64,000 nt of DNA from Eukaryota sp. TZLM1-RC (GCA_040285825.1 JAUPSS010000002.1:2604001-2668000), one strand, 5' to 3'. Positions 22,912 through 34,291 are shown, counted from the stretch's first letter. A program made the numbers and translations. Notes: generated from the sequence alone by a model not told the origin.

Positions 22912-23718
22912 TTACTGCCCATTTTCATCTACTCTTTGCTCAATCATCTTAACTCGTACCTCCAAAGCAGCTAGTCTTTGCTCTATCAAAGACATTGTGG
23001 ACGATATCCTAGTGTTCATGGAGTTTAATGTTGAGGAAATTGCCTTTAAAGACATTTCACTTACATTAGCTTCATTCTCAAATGAGTCAATAACTTGTTG
23101 TTTATTTTCAATGTTAGGGTTGGGGTTAGTTTGTGATTGAGGTTTCGGCTTAATATAGTTTCTCGTTGGTTCGTTTGTAAATTCCACAGGCTGATCCTCA
23201 GTATCATCTATGGAAGTAGAGTCTCTGATTTGAATGGGTTGGAGGCGTGGGACTGGAGAAGGAACTGCTTTGGGACGGGGACGGGGTGGTGGTTCTTGGT
23301 CGCTTTTTCGATCCTTACTTTCTCTAACTGATATGACAACTCCTGTTCGTGATTGCTGTAATTGTTGGTTATGGGACTTAATAATGCGAATAATGTCCAG
23401 TACCATTTGCGTTCTCTTCTCGGTATAACCTTTGGTAAGGAATTGTGAAGGCGATAGAACTGGATTATAGTCAAACTCATTGCGCAGAATTTTATACAGG
23501 GTTTGAACAAAAGAAGAGTCATTGGAAGGACTGAGAGCATAGCCCTTACTTAAAAAATCCTGAGTAACTGGGCGGGAATATTTTACAAGACAATAAGAAA
23601 GAACTGGAAGGAAAGGAATAGGACTTCCTTGAGAAGCTGATCCATAGTCAACATCTTCTGGATATTTCAATGACCGAAGATCAGCCTGTAACCTTCGCAT
23701 AAGGTGAGGAACCTCCAT
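22912..23718 (-). CDS. CEP44: Centrosomal protein CEP44-like
   Basis: N-terminal L...LRSLKYP..VD..G.P..FLP.L.Y.L..YS..YKILR.EF.Y.P.LS..QF...GY.E.R domain; C-terminal coiled coil. Confidence 0.8.
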   Translation of the reverse strand: MEVPHLMRRLQADLRSLKYPEDVDYGSASQGSPIPFLPVLSYCLVKYSRPVTQDFLSKGYALSPSNDSSFVQTLYKILRNEFDYNPVLSPSQFLTKGYTEKRTQMVLDIIRIIKSHNQQLQQSRTGVVISVRESKDRKSDQEPPPRPRPKAVPSPVPRLQPIQIRDSTSIDDTEDQPVEFTNEPTRNYIKPKPQSQTNPNPNIENKQQVIDSFENEANVSEMSLKAISSTLNSMNTRISSTMSLIEQRLAALEVRVKMIEQRVDENGQ

Positions 23719-23756
23719 CGTTGTTGGTCAATTTTTGGTGCTTTTTTGTGTTCCTT

Positions 23757-24326
23757 ATGTGGGAATTGTATGCATTTCTTCTACTGCTGATTTTCTTCCA
23801 TGTTTCAGAGTTCTCTCTATCGTACTACTTTCATCCCACAACAACTAGTAAGTCTTCATGGCTAATATCAACACCTTATGTAGTAGCAATGATTCTTGCC
23901 TTCACAGAATACTTTGTTGAACTTACATTCTTTACTTTCAAAACGTCACCTCGTTACAATGTCATATCGGTCATAGGATTGTTTGTTGTCATTCTCGCTG
24001 ACGCCTTCCGCAAGTTATCCATAATTACTGCAGGCCGGTCCTTCACTCATCAGATTGCTGTCAACAAGTCCTCACAGCATTCTCTTGTCACCTCAGGAAT
24101 TTATGCTTTCTCTCGCCATCCTTCCTACTTTGCATGGTTTTGGTGGTCCATCGGAACTCAAATCCTACTCAAGAATCCCTTGAGTTGTGTTGCTTATGCC
24201 ATTGTTTCTTGGAGATTCTTTGCTGACAGAATACCTTATGAAGAACAGTTTTTGGTCAAATTCTTTGGCCAAGATTATATTAGTTATCGGAATCGAGTCC
24301 CAACAAGAATCCCCTTTATTAAATAA
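23757..24326 (+). CDS. ICMT: Protein-S-isoprenylcysteine O-methyltransferase
   Basis: FHVSEF, AGRSFTH, HSLVTSGIY..SRHPSY, FF.DRI.YEE..L..FFG..Y..Y motifs; ATG at 23757. Confidence 0.93.
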   Translation: MWELYAFLLLLIFFHVSEFSLSYYFHPTTTSKSSWLISTPYVVAMILAFTEYFVELTFFTFKTSPRYNVISVIGLFVVILADAFRKLSIITAGRSFTHQIAVNKSSQHSLVTSGIYAFSRHPSYFAWFWWSIGTQILLKNPLSCVAYAIVSWRFFADRIPYEEQFLVKFFGQDYISYRNRVPTRIPFIK

Positions 24327-24430
24327 AAATTGATAACTGCATTGTTATAAATCTAAATTATTATTTAATTCTAACATCATTCCGTTTAACACGAAACAAT
24401 TGCTTGAATAAAAAATAGAAACAAAATTAA

Positions 24431-25030
24431 TCATATCAGTACATCAGCAATTACCCCCCAAAGAGAATCGGCAATCTCTGGAGCTGAGAGTTGAGGGTTA
24501 ACTGCAAAGGACTTACATTGATCATCGTAAGCAACATATCCAGAAATACTTTGTTCATCATTATAGTTCCACGATAGACGAGTAATGTTTTCATAGAGAG
24601 CCAGGTGTGTGCGAAGTACAGGCACTAATTGTTCCTCTGCTCTCTTCCTTTTAAGACGTTGTTGTTCACTTACAGTACTTTCATAGTCTACCTTGTCTGA
24701 GATTATGTCATGTAGTTCCGCTTTTCTCTTTGCTAAAAGGTCTTGTTCATTTTGCAGCGATTGTAATTGTTGTTCAAGTTCCTGTATAGTTGGTTGCGAA
24801 TCATCATTAAATGAGTGTATTTCCTTTTCTTGTGACGAAACACACGAGGTAAGTTCTTCTATAATCTTTTTCGCATCTGATTCACGCTGATTACGTAATG
24901 ATGTTGTTGTGTTCAATGTTTCCTTGAGAGAAGTAACCTTAGCCACATCACGTTCGCTTGCTGAAAAGAGAGGAAGAACCTCTTCTCTAAGCATCTGCTT
25001 TATTGTTGGAAGATCTACAGGTGCTTCCAT
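24431..25030 (-). CDS. SPC24: Kinetochore Ndc80-complex subunit Spc24-like
   Basis: Coiled coil followed by LALYENIT.LSWNY..ISG..F..S..EIADSLW RWD-type C-terminus. Confidence 0.65.
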   Translation of the reverse strand: MEAPVDLPTIKQMLREEVLPLFSASERDVAKVTSLKETLNTTTSLRNQRESDAKKIIEELTSCVSSQEKEIHSFNDDSQPTIQELEQQLQSLQNEQDLLAKRKAELHDIISDKVDYESTVSEQQRLKRKRAEEQLVPVLRTHLALYENITRLSWNYNDEQSISGYVAYDDQCKSFAVNPQLSAPEIADSLWGVIADVLI

Positions 25031-25129
25031 TCTTCAAGATAATCTCTATAATGATGGAATAAGTGTCCTTGATGAGTCCTTGATGAAGAGGGACTTTTTT
25101 GAACTCCAATTTAATTCCATAAATAGAAA

Positions 25130-25330
25130 ATTTTGTTATGCCATCCTCTTTGAACCATCAACTGGGTTCTTTGAAGGTATACTGGTTCACCCTCACCATA
25201 TGACAGGGGTCTCATCACTATCAATACATTTGACGAAACAGTTCGATCACTATTCAGCAAACATATCAGATGGAATGGTTTTCCTTCTTAACCATCCAAA
25301 TGTTCCTTCCTTGAACAAAAGCCATTCAAT
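25130..25330 (-). pseudogene. Fanzor remnant F (decayed extreme 3' end, subfamily of C)
   Basis: Minus-strand LNSDRTVSSNVLIVMRPLSYGEGEPVYLQR aligns with C (WNRDR..NILTVME..GGDRPEYLKR); downstream DNA is homologous to that of C (GTTGATG..GTTCAAAGA, AAGGACACTTATT). Confidence 0.6.
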
Positions 25331-25369
25331 ATATTTATCTTTATCCTTAAATTCTCTATAACATTAACG

Positions 25370-27340
25370 GTTTCTAGACCATTCTGGATTGAGTTAAAGA
25401 TATATTCAATGGCAATATTCCAGAAAAGAATGTTTTAAATTTAAAATACACTCTTCGAACATTACAGAAACGATTTATTGGAATGTGTGAAAATGATCTT
25501 TGTAAAGATATATGCAGCTCGGCTGTTTTAAATCAAGATCTTTACTCATTGTTATTGGAAGAGGGTGTTTGTGAAAACAAATCATCAGATTTTTCCTTTT
25601 TTGTAACCATTGTACCACGATGATTTGGATTGTGTGCCACTAATGAAGCATTTGTAACAAAATGAGATTATATTTGAATATCCTCATTAATCAATTATTA
25701 TCAAAAGACAAACGTATTTGTTCGAATTCACCTCAGCTCACTTTGCGACATGCTCTGAATTGTTCGAAAATGATAACTTATCGTTCTTCATTACATGATG
25801 CTGTTAGAGACACTGTTTTCTATATGGCACAAACTGCAAGAAAATCGTGTATCAAAGAGCCACTGCTGAAGGAAACACTGTTTCTGAATAATTTTGGTTC
25901 TGATGATAGAGGTAATGTATACTGTGATTGGATTGAGAACTCTGAAGCTATTGTTGACTTTGTCTCATGTATTGTTGCAAATGATACTTTAATTCACAGA
26001 AGACAATTTAATCCTGTAAGTGTTCTTGAATTTAAAGCAAAAGAAAAACATAGAAAATATGACAAAGGTATTGAAGAAGCTAATGCTGGTAGAAATACAC
26101 AACTAGCTTTTATTGCTTTTGATAAACGGAAGATTATCAGATGAAGCAGAAACTTTTTTGAATGACTTCCAAAAATTGGTTCAAAATCTAAAACTAAACT
26201 AAAAATCCCGCTTTCGATAATTTTTTAGAGGATATTCGTGATAGCTCTGCTGCTGCTTCAGTAACTCAAATTCCCTATGCTTATGTACTTTTTTTAAACA
26301 ACAATGAATGGCTTTTAAACATGCGTTTTCGTTGTTTTCTGTGACCAAACAATTTGCCCAATCATTTAACTTGTAAATGTGGTAAACCTTTTTTGTTTAC
26401 TCATCTTTTGAGCTGTAAACATTTCATTACATTTAGAAGCAAAGTGCATAATAATGTCAGTGACCAGATTTATGTAATGTGTAAATCATATCGAGTAGAT
26501 TCCTTCTTAGAACCGCTGTTATCAAAATTAATTCTTGATGACCCCAATATTGATACTACGCGTTACAACAGAGCTTCTATGGGTCCGACAAGAGGTGATC
26601 TAGTTGTTCCTGGTTTAAATGGTAGTTTTACTATTTTAGACGCCATGTCTATTGACCCTTGTAATTCCTCTAACGAACATCTCATTAACTCGGATGTAAA
26701 TAATCCTCTTCTTGCAGGCCAAAAATATAAAATTGCTAAATATGCGAAACCCATTTCCTCGGTTAATGAAAATTCTCATGCCCAATATAATTTATGTCCA
26801 TTTGTTTTTTCTTTGCTTGGATCTCTAGGTAAGGCTGCTATGGCTTTCCTCGAGGATTTTGTTGTAGTTGTAAAGGAAAGAACTGGAAGAATTTTCAATC
26901 GTGTTTACTGGCAAAACAGGATTGTATTTTCTATTTTTAAGGGAATGGTAAAACCGATTTCTGATTCACTGTCTTCTTTTGGGAAGTTTTCTGAATCTTT
27001 GGCAATTAATTATTTTGATGTAGGGGAGGCAGGCTTTGAGGATGTGGAGTTTTATTTGTGTATTTTATGTTTTCATATTCGTTGCTGAATAAATATAAGG
27101 AATTGTTTTCAAAAAATTGGTTCAAGAAATAACAACGAAAAGATTTGATATTTGTTATGGCGTTCTCGGATTCAATTTGCCATTGTTAATAGATTACCTC
27201 GGTTTTTCAATCGAATAAGAGAAGTTTTAGCTAGACAGCAAGCAGATCAAGATTGTGTAGAGGAAATCTTGGTTCAATGAATTTCGTCCCATTAGTTATG
27301 AATTAATTTAATCAAGTGCACATGTTCAATAAATATTATG
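25370..27340 (+). mobile_element. 5'-truncated RLE non-LTR retrotransposon (family 2), interrupted by a family 1 insertion
   Basis: CSNSPQLTLRHALNC..LHDAVRD..RG..VD motifs; sequence resumes after 27125. Confidence 0.8.
26185..27111 (+). mobile_element. RLE non-LTR family 1 3' fragment nested in family 2
   Basis: Highly similar to 54415-55310; 14-bp TSD AAAAATTGGTTCAA at 26171-26184 and 27112-27125. Confidence 0.88.
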
Positions 27341-27969
27341 TCACATTCAAATGTTATTTGATGGTAAAAGATACTGCTTCTGCATCGGTCTTCATGCTAG
27401 ACATGACGTGCTTGCCAGTCTCTATTTTTCTTTCTGATTAAAGTGTGGTGGTGTGTTGTGATCTTGTTCATTCTTAATATAGTGTGTAATAAAGTCCAAA
27501 AAACAAATAATTGCACATTTTTATCTACATTTATAATGTGACACTATATTCAAGAATGTTCTTTCATTTAAGGCAATGACAAAAAATGTTTTCAACGAGG
27601 TTTTTATGAGGTGTTGGTGCTCATTGTGTACTTCGAGACGTCTGCGTCTTGTTGGAGGAGCAATATGTTGAACGTATGTACAACGGGGGTCAGAATATAA
27701 CAGTGACTGAGGAGTCCATTGAGTTAAAATCAGCCATGAGAGTAGTTGTTCGTTTGACGAAAAACTACATTTATGAACTAAAGGGGGATTTCTAGAGGAA
27801 ATGCATCTCAATTGAATTGCACAAACTTAGTTTATACTATCACCTTACACAATAGCTATAGCATTTAAATTGATTGATTCAAATTTGGATTCAAATTAAA
27901 TGTCCTATAATAAAACAACTGAATGGTAAACAGTTTATAATAAAGTACAAAAGAATCTAAAAACTACAT

Positions 27970-29144
27970 TTAATTATCACCAAACTTAGATGAAAAATCT
28001 TCCAAAATGTGAGTCATTTGCTGCTCCGTCTTTTCCCGAATTCTGGCTTCAGTTTCAACATACTCCTTAATCTCGCCCATTTCGGCATCACGAACCTTTC
28101 TTTCGTCTTCCAATTGAGTAGTGAGCTGTAATATTTGCTGAGACATTTGGTTAAACTTGGCTTCCATTTCCTGGGCTCTTTTCTTTGCTTTTGCTTCTTC
28201 TTCTTCTCTAGCAAGCTTGATGGGCATCATTTTATAATCAAACATTCTCAACCAAGTTTCTTTACCATCCCTAATGAAATCAATTCCTTCATTAATCATT
28301 TTCATCTTTTCAGCGTCATCTTTGCCTCTCTGTTCTCGTTCTACGTCCAGCTGAGCACGCAAATCAGCAATATCCCGTTGCAATTGAAAAACAAGTTGAT
28401 CATCAGAATTTTCAGTTCCCCTGATAGTAAGTTCTTCCAAAGATCGTTCTATTCTGACTAGTCCATTATCAAGACGTTGAGTGGTGGTCAAAAGATCTTG
28501 CACTTCCTTGACTCTAGACTCACGTTCACGGTCCACTCGGTTAGAAATATCAGTAATACGTTGATCAAGGGTTTGGAACATTCTGATCCGGGCTTCTTCA
28601 CTTTCAGCAACCTGTCGTTTCATTGATGTAATCATGGCCTCTACCTTGATGAACCTCTCTTCAATCTTGATGGCAAGGTTCTTGGCGAAGGTAGAGTTGA
28701 GAGAGCGGCGAGTCTGTTCTTCATTTTCAAACTCAGACTGAAGGCGGTTACATTGAGTACGGAGCTGTTCGACTTCGTTTTGTACCTCCTTGTACTTGAG
28801 CATATCCTTGGCCTCACGTTGCTTGAGTTCGGCTTCCTCGTTAGCAAAGGTTCTAGACATTCGTTCTTCGGATTCTTCTCTCCGAGCTGACTGGGGGACG
28901 GCAGACTTGGTACGAGGTGTGATGGCAGTGGATTCGAGACGAGCTTGAATTGAATTGAGACGGTGTTGGGTGGGGGTTTCAGGAACTGAGGTCAATGGGT
29001 AAACACACAAATCATACTGTCACGACCAAGGTCTCTAACGCGAGAAGAACGAGCAGTTGTTGCACCAAGAAAGGGTGTCTTGGGTTTAGAAGAGAGATCA
29101 GATACCGAAAGAGGACGACGGGGGGATGAGGGAAAAGTAGCCAT
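27970..29144 (-). CDS. Coiled-coil cytoskeletal protein, possibly SF-assemblin/beta-giardin-like; intron 28986-29017
   Basis: ATG 29144; 32-nt GTATGA..TGACCTCAG phase-1 intron restores the frame; Pro/Ser-rich head plus long coiled coil; family call tentative. Confidence 0.6.
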
Positions 29145-29874
29145 TGATTATAAAGTAGGTTGGTAAACTGAAAGCAAAACCTTTTACAGAAACTTTATCA
29201 ATGAAACAATTCATTTGCTTCATCAAGCACATACTGACTGTTGATAGGCAAACATTGTATTTGTTTATTATTTATAAAACGTATTTTATATTCCAGTGGT
29301 GTTTGGTGTTCGGTGGCCGGAAAAAACATCTTCATTCAACGAAACCACATCTCTTCGGTGCGATAATCTTCAGTACCCGAACTTGTCGTCAGCGACACTG
29401 ACTTTGGGGCTGGCATCGAAACAGTTTTACTGAAATTGCTGCTATAGTGTGGATTGTTAATCTTTTAAAACTTGATTGTTCTTTTTTGAGACAAGGATAA
29501 TACTCGCAAAAGTCCATGATACAGTATATGACCAACCTATTTGCGTTTTTCAGTCCTACAAAATCCAATGGTTACCAATGACCTTTGCTTTCAATTTTCA
29601 TTCATAACTTTGACAAAAATTCTTTTGGTGAAACCTATTTCTGTTGCTAATCAATTGTAATCTGTTGTTACAGAGATTGGTGCATTGGAATGTTGGAAAT
29701 GGATCAAAAAAATAACAATAAAATTAAGTTACTTCAAGAAAATTACCTCTACCAAGACCTCATTTTGGGGTATGAAGTAAAACAATTTTAAGTTTGTTGT
29801 TTAATTTGTCTTTGGAATAAATTAAATTGCAGTAAAAAACCGACCTCATTTACATATATCTTCAAGGACAACCC

Positions 29875-30576
29875 ATGGCTGATGCCTTTACTCAGCGACT
29901 TCACAGCATGTCAAAGTCGGAACTAATAGATTTGGTTCTACATTATCGTTCCAAATGTCAAGAAACAACTTCACCTCGTTCTACACAGTTTACAGATTCT
30001 ACATTCCAAGGAACCCGTTTCTCTAGGATTAAAACCCCTCCCCGTGGATATTGGAAGAAAACTTCTCCATCTACCCCCAAAACACCCAGATCTTCCACTC
30101 TGACTCCTGCTCCTTCTACACACGAGTCCCTTGTCAAACCACTTAACCCTTATCAACTTCATGAGTCTTTAGAGTCTTCATTGTCCACAATATTACGGCA
30201 CATTCAGTCCCTCAAGAAGGAATTAATTGTTACCCCATTGTCCCAAAGAGACAGGAAGCGGACAATAAAACAAACAATCCAAGATTGTAGTGATGTTATC
30301 TCTGATTTGAAGTTTATTCAGTCCATATGTTCAAAAACGAGTGTACCAGAAAAATTAATTGAAATTCAAACCCAAGTTGACTCACCTATACAACAACTAA
30401 AACAGCTTACAGCTTGCTTTGACACTGAAGGTCAGCTATTAGATGTGGTTACTAGGTATGACGTGACACGTGATGATGTGGCACTTGATGATGTAATGGG
30501 CGACGTCAGGGATAATGGTTCTGATAGTGTAGATAGTGATGATTTAAATGAAACTTTTGAAAAGGTTATAAGTTGA
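29875..30576 (+). CDS. Hypothetical protein (S/T-P-rich N-terminus, helical C-terminus)
   Basis: 233 aa ORF followed by an AT-rich 3' region; no motif recognised. Confidence 0.55.
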   Translation: MADAFTQRLHSMSKSELIDLVLHYRSKCQETTSPRSTQFTDSTFQGTRFSRIKTPPRGYWKKTSPSTPKTPRSSTLTPAPSTHESLVKPLNPYQLHESLESSLSTILRHIQSLKKELIVTPLSQRDRKRTIKQTIQDCSDVISDLKFIQSICSKTSVPEKLIEIQTQVDSPIQQLKQLTACFDTEGQLLDVVTRYDVTRDDVALDDVMGDVRDNGSDSVDSDDLNETFEKVIS

Positions 30577-30679
30577 TTTCTTTATAATTATTTTATTTTT
30601 ATTTAATTCAATAAATTATTCAATAAATTTTTTAATGTCGAATCATTGTACACACCATCAATACTCCTTATAAAGATCA

Positions 30680-31179
30680 TGTTTTGCCGTTTCTAGCCAA
30701 TCCCTGAGCCTTCCATTAAGTCTTGTCCCCCAAACTCAATCTGCATATGCTGATGTTTCTTTCTAAAACCAAGTTTTTCGTAGAATTGAACAGCTTCCAG
30801 TCTTGAATCAAGAATTACTTTAAAAGAATCTTGACGCGCCAGAGCTACCAACTGTTCAACTAACAAGTCCAAAGGTTCTATAACCTTGTCTAACAACAAT
30901 ATCCTCAATATGAGACATTGTACCCATTGGATTTACATATTTTGGTTCCTAAATTAATGTTCCTGATGCTACAACCTCTTGAGATTCCATGTGTTCAATA
31001 ACTTTTACTGTTATAATCAATGGCAGGTTGGATATTTGTTCTTTAAAAGTTTCAAAAGAAACTTCCCCTGTACTACTTAGTTCATCCATAGTTTCTAGAA
31101 AACCCTTGTAGTTGTCGCTAGGCTGTAGATTTCTCAATAGAAAGCGATGACCCTTCGAGACAAAGTACAGGTCGCACAT
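30680..31179 (-). pseudogene. Glucosamine-6-phosphate N-acetyltransferase (GNA1-like), disrupted
   Basis: LRNLQPSD.YKGFL..L..VVASGTLI*EPK..HIED.VV..KVILD....V.FYEKLGF, with an in-frame stop and frameshift(s). Confidence 0.7.
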
Positions 31180-32027
31180 AAAGCTATTCAGTACTTTAAT
31201 CTTAAAAAGTAAGTATTAAATTACGAAGGTTTGGAGACAGTTTTTTCATCTCAACCTGAATAATTCTAATAGCTTTAAAGCCTCTCTCTCAGTACCCTTC
31301 CTGCTAGTTGGTGATGATGATCAACGTTTCAGTGAATTTTTGCCCCAAACTTCAATAGTTTTTTTCAGTATATTTTCATGTTTGGTGACATTGATTTTTC
31401 AACAACCGATTCTTGAAAATTATGTCTTCCACTATTGACCCTGTTTCTTCTACGAGGATAAACAAGGACACCATAGTTTTAATGTTGGTTAATGTTTGTT
31501 TTAATGTTTTTTGTAAAACTGAATTCATTTGAGGTACTTCCCAACCTAAGTCAATTTCATTAAAAATTATTGCATTTCGTAGCTTGTGTCCTTACAACAG
31601 GAGATTGATTCCTTTTCACCAAATATTTTTTCTCATTGTTGTAAAGCTATAGTAGAGGCAATCTTGTGATTTTAGTTGATTGCAAAAATCCAAAAAGTTT
31701 TCAGTTATCAAAGCGGACAAACATGGAAAATCTCTTTCAAAAAGGTCTTTCAGTAAAAAGAAAAGGTCACATCAATGCTGAGGTAATATCTCTAGAAGAT
31801 TGTGTAATTCTTACCAACAAATGTTTTGACAGAGGTTCATCGGTCCAGCTTAAATACCTTGTGTTGTTGTTGAACTCAAATTGAATTAGTAGGTTTCTTT
31901 GTATTTCGACTGATGACGTCATACTCATTTATGAATCAGTTTTATTAATAAACAACAGATTTCTCTCTCTCCTTCGTGTGTTCATCTGCCTAACGGCATC
32001 AATAATTATTGGCCCTTCTTATTTCAG

Positions 32028-32783
32028 ATGACTGTTCCTTCTGTCAACCTCCCGTCTCTTTCTTCCATGAAAGTTGAAAGTGTTCTCTTGTTCCTACAAG
32101 AGTGGAAGATCTATTCTTCTGTGACTTCTAAGAAAGAGCTTGTTCCAGCAAGACTCTTGGTCGATTCTTTTCTGTTAGAGTCCCTATCTCTCCAGAAATC
32201 CGAAGTCTCTTCCAGTGACGATGTTCTTCTTAGACATCTTCAATCTGTCGTATCGTTCGCCACGTACGAAGATTTTAGTCTGGCTATGTCAGAACTGAAG
32301 CTTGATGTCCGTATTGGTGACGTCCGAGAACGTATGTCCTGTTACCTGCGACGTTTCCTCCATGTAAAGAGTAGGGCTTCCGGACTGAAGTTACCAGACA
32401 CAGCTTCTCTGAATCGATTTGCCAGAGGAATTCTTCCCGTAGGTCTTCAACGTTCTCTACTAGCGAGAATTCGAGATGATGTATTCCCAGATCTTCACTC
32501 TCTTGTCGAAACCACTACTGATAAGCTGTTGGACTGCTCTAGGGTTGCTTCATGGACTCGTGGTTTCAAAACCTCAGTGAATGATGTGGAACGTACGGCT
32601 GGCACTAAAACGAGGTCTTCTTGGCGCTCTCAGGATTTAAAAAATCAATCGTGCTTCAAGTGCCACAAGCCTGGACACATCTCCCGTGATTGTCCAGCTA
32701 AAATCAAACATGAGGTAAATTATTTGTGTCACACAAACGATGCACCAAAGAGTTTAACAAACCCCATATCTTCCCTCTATTGA
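32028..32783 (+). CDS. Gag-like protein, copy 1
   Basis: Intact 251 aa ORF with CFKCHKPGHISRDC knuckle. Confidence 0.85.
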   Translation: MTVPSVNLPSLSSMKVESVLLFLQEWKIYSSVTSKKELVPARLLVDSFLLESLSLQKSEVSSSDDVLLRHLQSVVSFATYEDFSLAMSELKLDVRIGDVRERMSCYLRRFLHVKSRASGLKLPDTASLNRFARGILPVGLQRSLLARIRDDVFPDLHSLVETTTDKLLDCSRVASWTRGFKTSVNDVERTAGTKTRSSWRSQDLKNQSCFKCHKPGHISRDCPAKIKHEVNYLCHTNDAPKSLTNPISSLY

Positions 32784-32990
32784 GCCAGTACTGTATTTGT
32801 CCTCAGAAAAGTGGGAAAAAGTAGTGTTGTTGTTGAACTCAAATTGAATTAGTAGGTTTCTTTGTATTTCGACTGATGACGTCATACTCATTTATGAATC
32901 AGTTTTATTAATAAACAACAGATTTCTCTCTCTCCTTCGTGTGTTCATCTGCCTAACGGCATCAATAATTATTGGCCCTTCTTATTTCAG

Positions 32991-33746
32991 ATGACTGTTC
33001 CTTCTGTCAACCTCCCGTCTCTTTCTTCCATGAAAGTTGAAAGTGTTCTCTTGTTCCTACAAGAGTGGAAGATCTATTCTTCTGTGACTTCTAAGAAAGA
33101 GCTTGTTCCAGCAAGACTCTTGGTCGATTCTTTTCTGTTAGAGTCCCTATCTCTCCAGAAATCCGAAGTCTCTTCCAGTGACGATGTTCTTCTTAGACAT
33201 CTTCAATCTGTCGTATCGTTCGCCACGTACGAAGATTTTAGTCTGGCTATGTCAGAACTGAAGCTTGATGTCCGTATTGGTGACGTCCGAGAACGTATGT
33301 CCTGTTACCTGCGACGTTTCCTCCATGTAAAGAGTAGGGCTTCCGGACCGAAGTTACCAGACACAGCTTTTCTGAATCGATTTGCCAGAGGAATTCTTCC
33401 CGTAGGTCTTCAACGTTCTCTACTAGCGAGAATTCGAGATGATGTATTCCCAGATCTTCACTCTCTTGTCGAAACCACTACTGATAAGCTGTTGGACTGC
33501 TCTAGGGTTGCTTCATGGACTCGTGGTTTCAAAACCTCAGTGAATGATGTGGAACGTACGGCTGGCACTAAAACGAGGTCCTCTTGGCGCTCTCAGGATT
33601 TAAAAAATCAATCGTGCTTCAAGTGCCACAAGCCTGGACACATCTCCCGTGATTGTCCAGCTAAAATCAAACATGAGGTAAATTATTTGTGTCACACAAA
33701 CGATGCACCAAAGAGTTTAACAAACCCCATATCTTCCCTCTATTGA
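32991..33746 (+). CDS. Gag-like protein, copy 2
   Basis: Differs from copy 1 at 2 amino acids. Confidence 0.85.
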   Translation: MTVPSVNLPSLSSMKVESVLLFLQEWKIYSSVTSKKELVPARLLVDSFLLESLSLQKSEVSSSDDVLLRHLQSVVSFATYEDFSLAMSELKLDVRIGDVRERMSCYLRRFLHVKSRASGPKLPDTAFLNRFARGILPVGLQRSLLARIRDDVFPDLHSLVETTTDKLLDCSRVASWTRGFKTSVNDVERTAGTKTRSSWRSQDLKNQSCFKCHKPGHISRDCPAKIKHEVNYLCHTNDAPKSLTNPISSLY

Positions 33747-34291
33747 GCCAGTACTGTATTTGTCCTCAGAAAAGTGGGAAAAAGTAGTGTTGTTGTTGAA
33801 CTCAAATTGAATTAGTAGGTTTCTTTGTATTTCGACTGATGACGTGATACTCATTTATGAATCAGTTTTATTAATAAACAACAGATTTCTCTCTCTCTCC
33901 TTCGTGTGTTCATCTGCCTAACGGCATCACTTGAGGAATTAAGATGTTCGCTTTCAACAGTACCTGTGAAAAATTCATAAAGGGATGTTATCTAATTACA
34001 GTTTCTGAAGATTTTCATAATATTTCTTGGCTTGATTTTTTTGCTGGTTGAATAGATTTAAAAGGAGCAAATAAACTTTGTTAACTTTCCAATACTCGCT
34101 TGATGCCAATGATGAAGATCTTCAGCAATATTTGCTACAAATGTATCAATGAAAAATTAGTAGATCATATTGATATTTCGTACTGCATACCCACCAGGAG
34201 TTTAAGGTGAAAATCATCGCACTCGTCAAATACATCTACAATAAGCAAAGCAATTCAATAAACTTTATAATCCGATAAACATCAACTACTA

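Larger units (their letters stand above)
31862..33929 (+). mobile_element. Gag-only non-autonomous LTR element (L3) as tandem LTR-gag-LTR-gag-LTR
   Basis: LTRs 31862-32001, 32825-32964 and 33788-33929; period 963 bp; 4-bp TSD CTTG; PPT GAAAAGTGGGAAAAAGTAG before LTR2 and LTR3. Confidence 0.95.

Noticed and set aside
29500-29640. Very decayed RLE fragment (KVHDTVYDQ..SFG)
   Set aside because: Plausible but too degenerate to delimit
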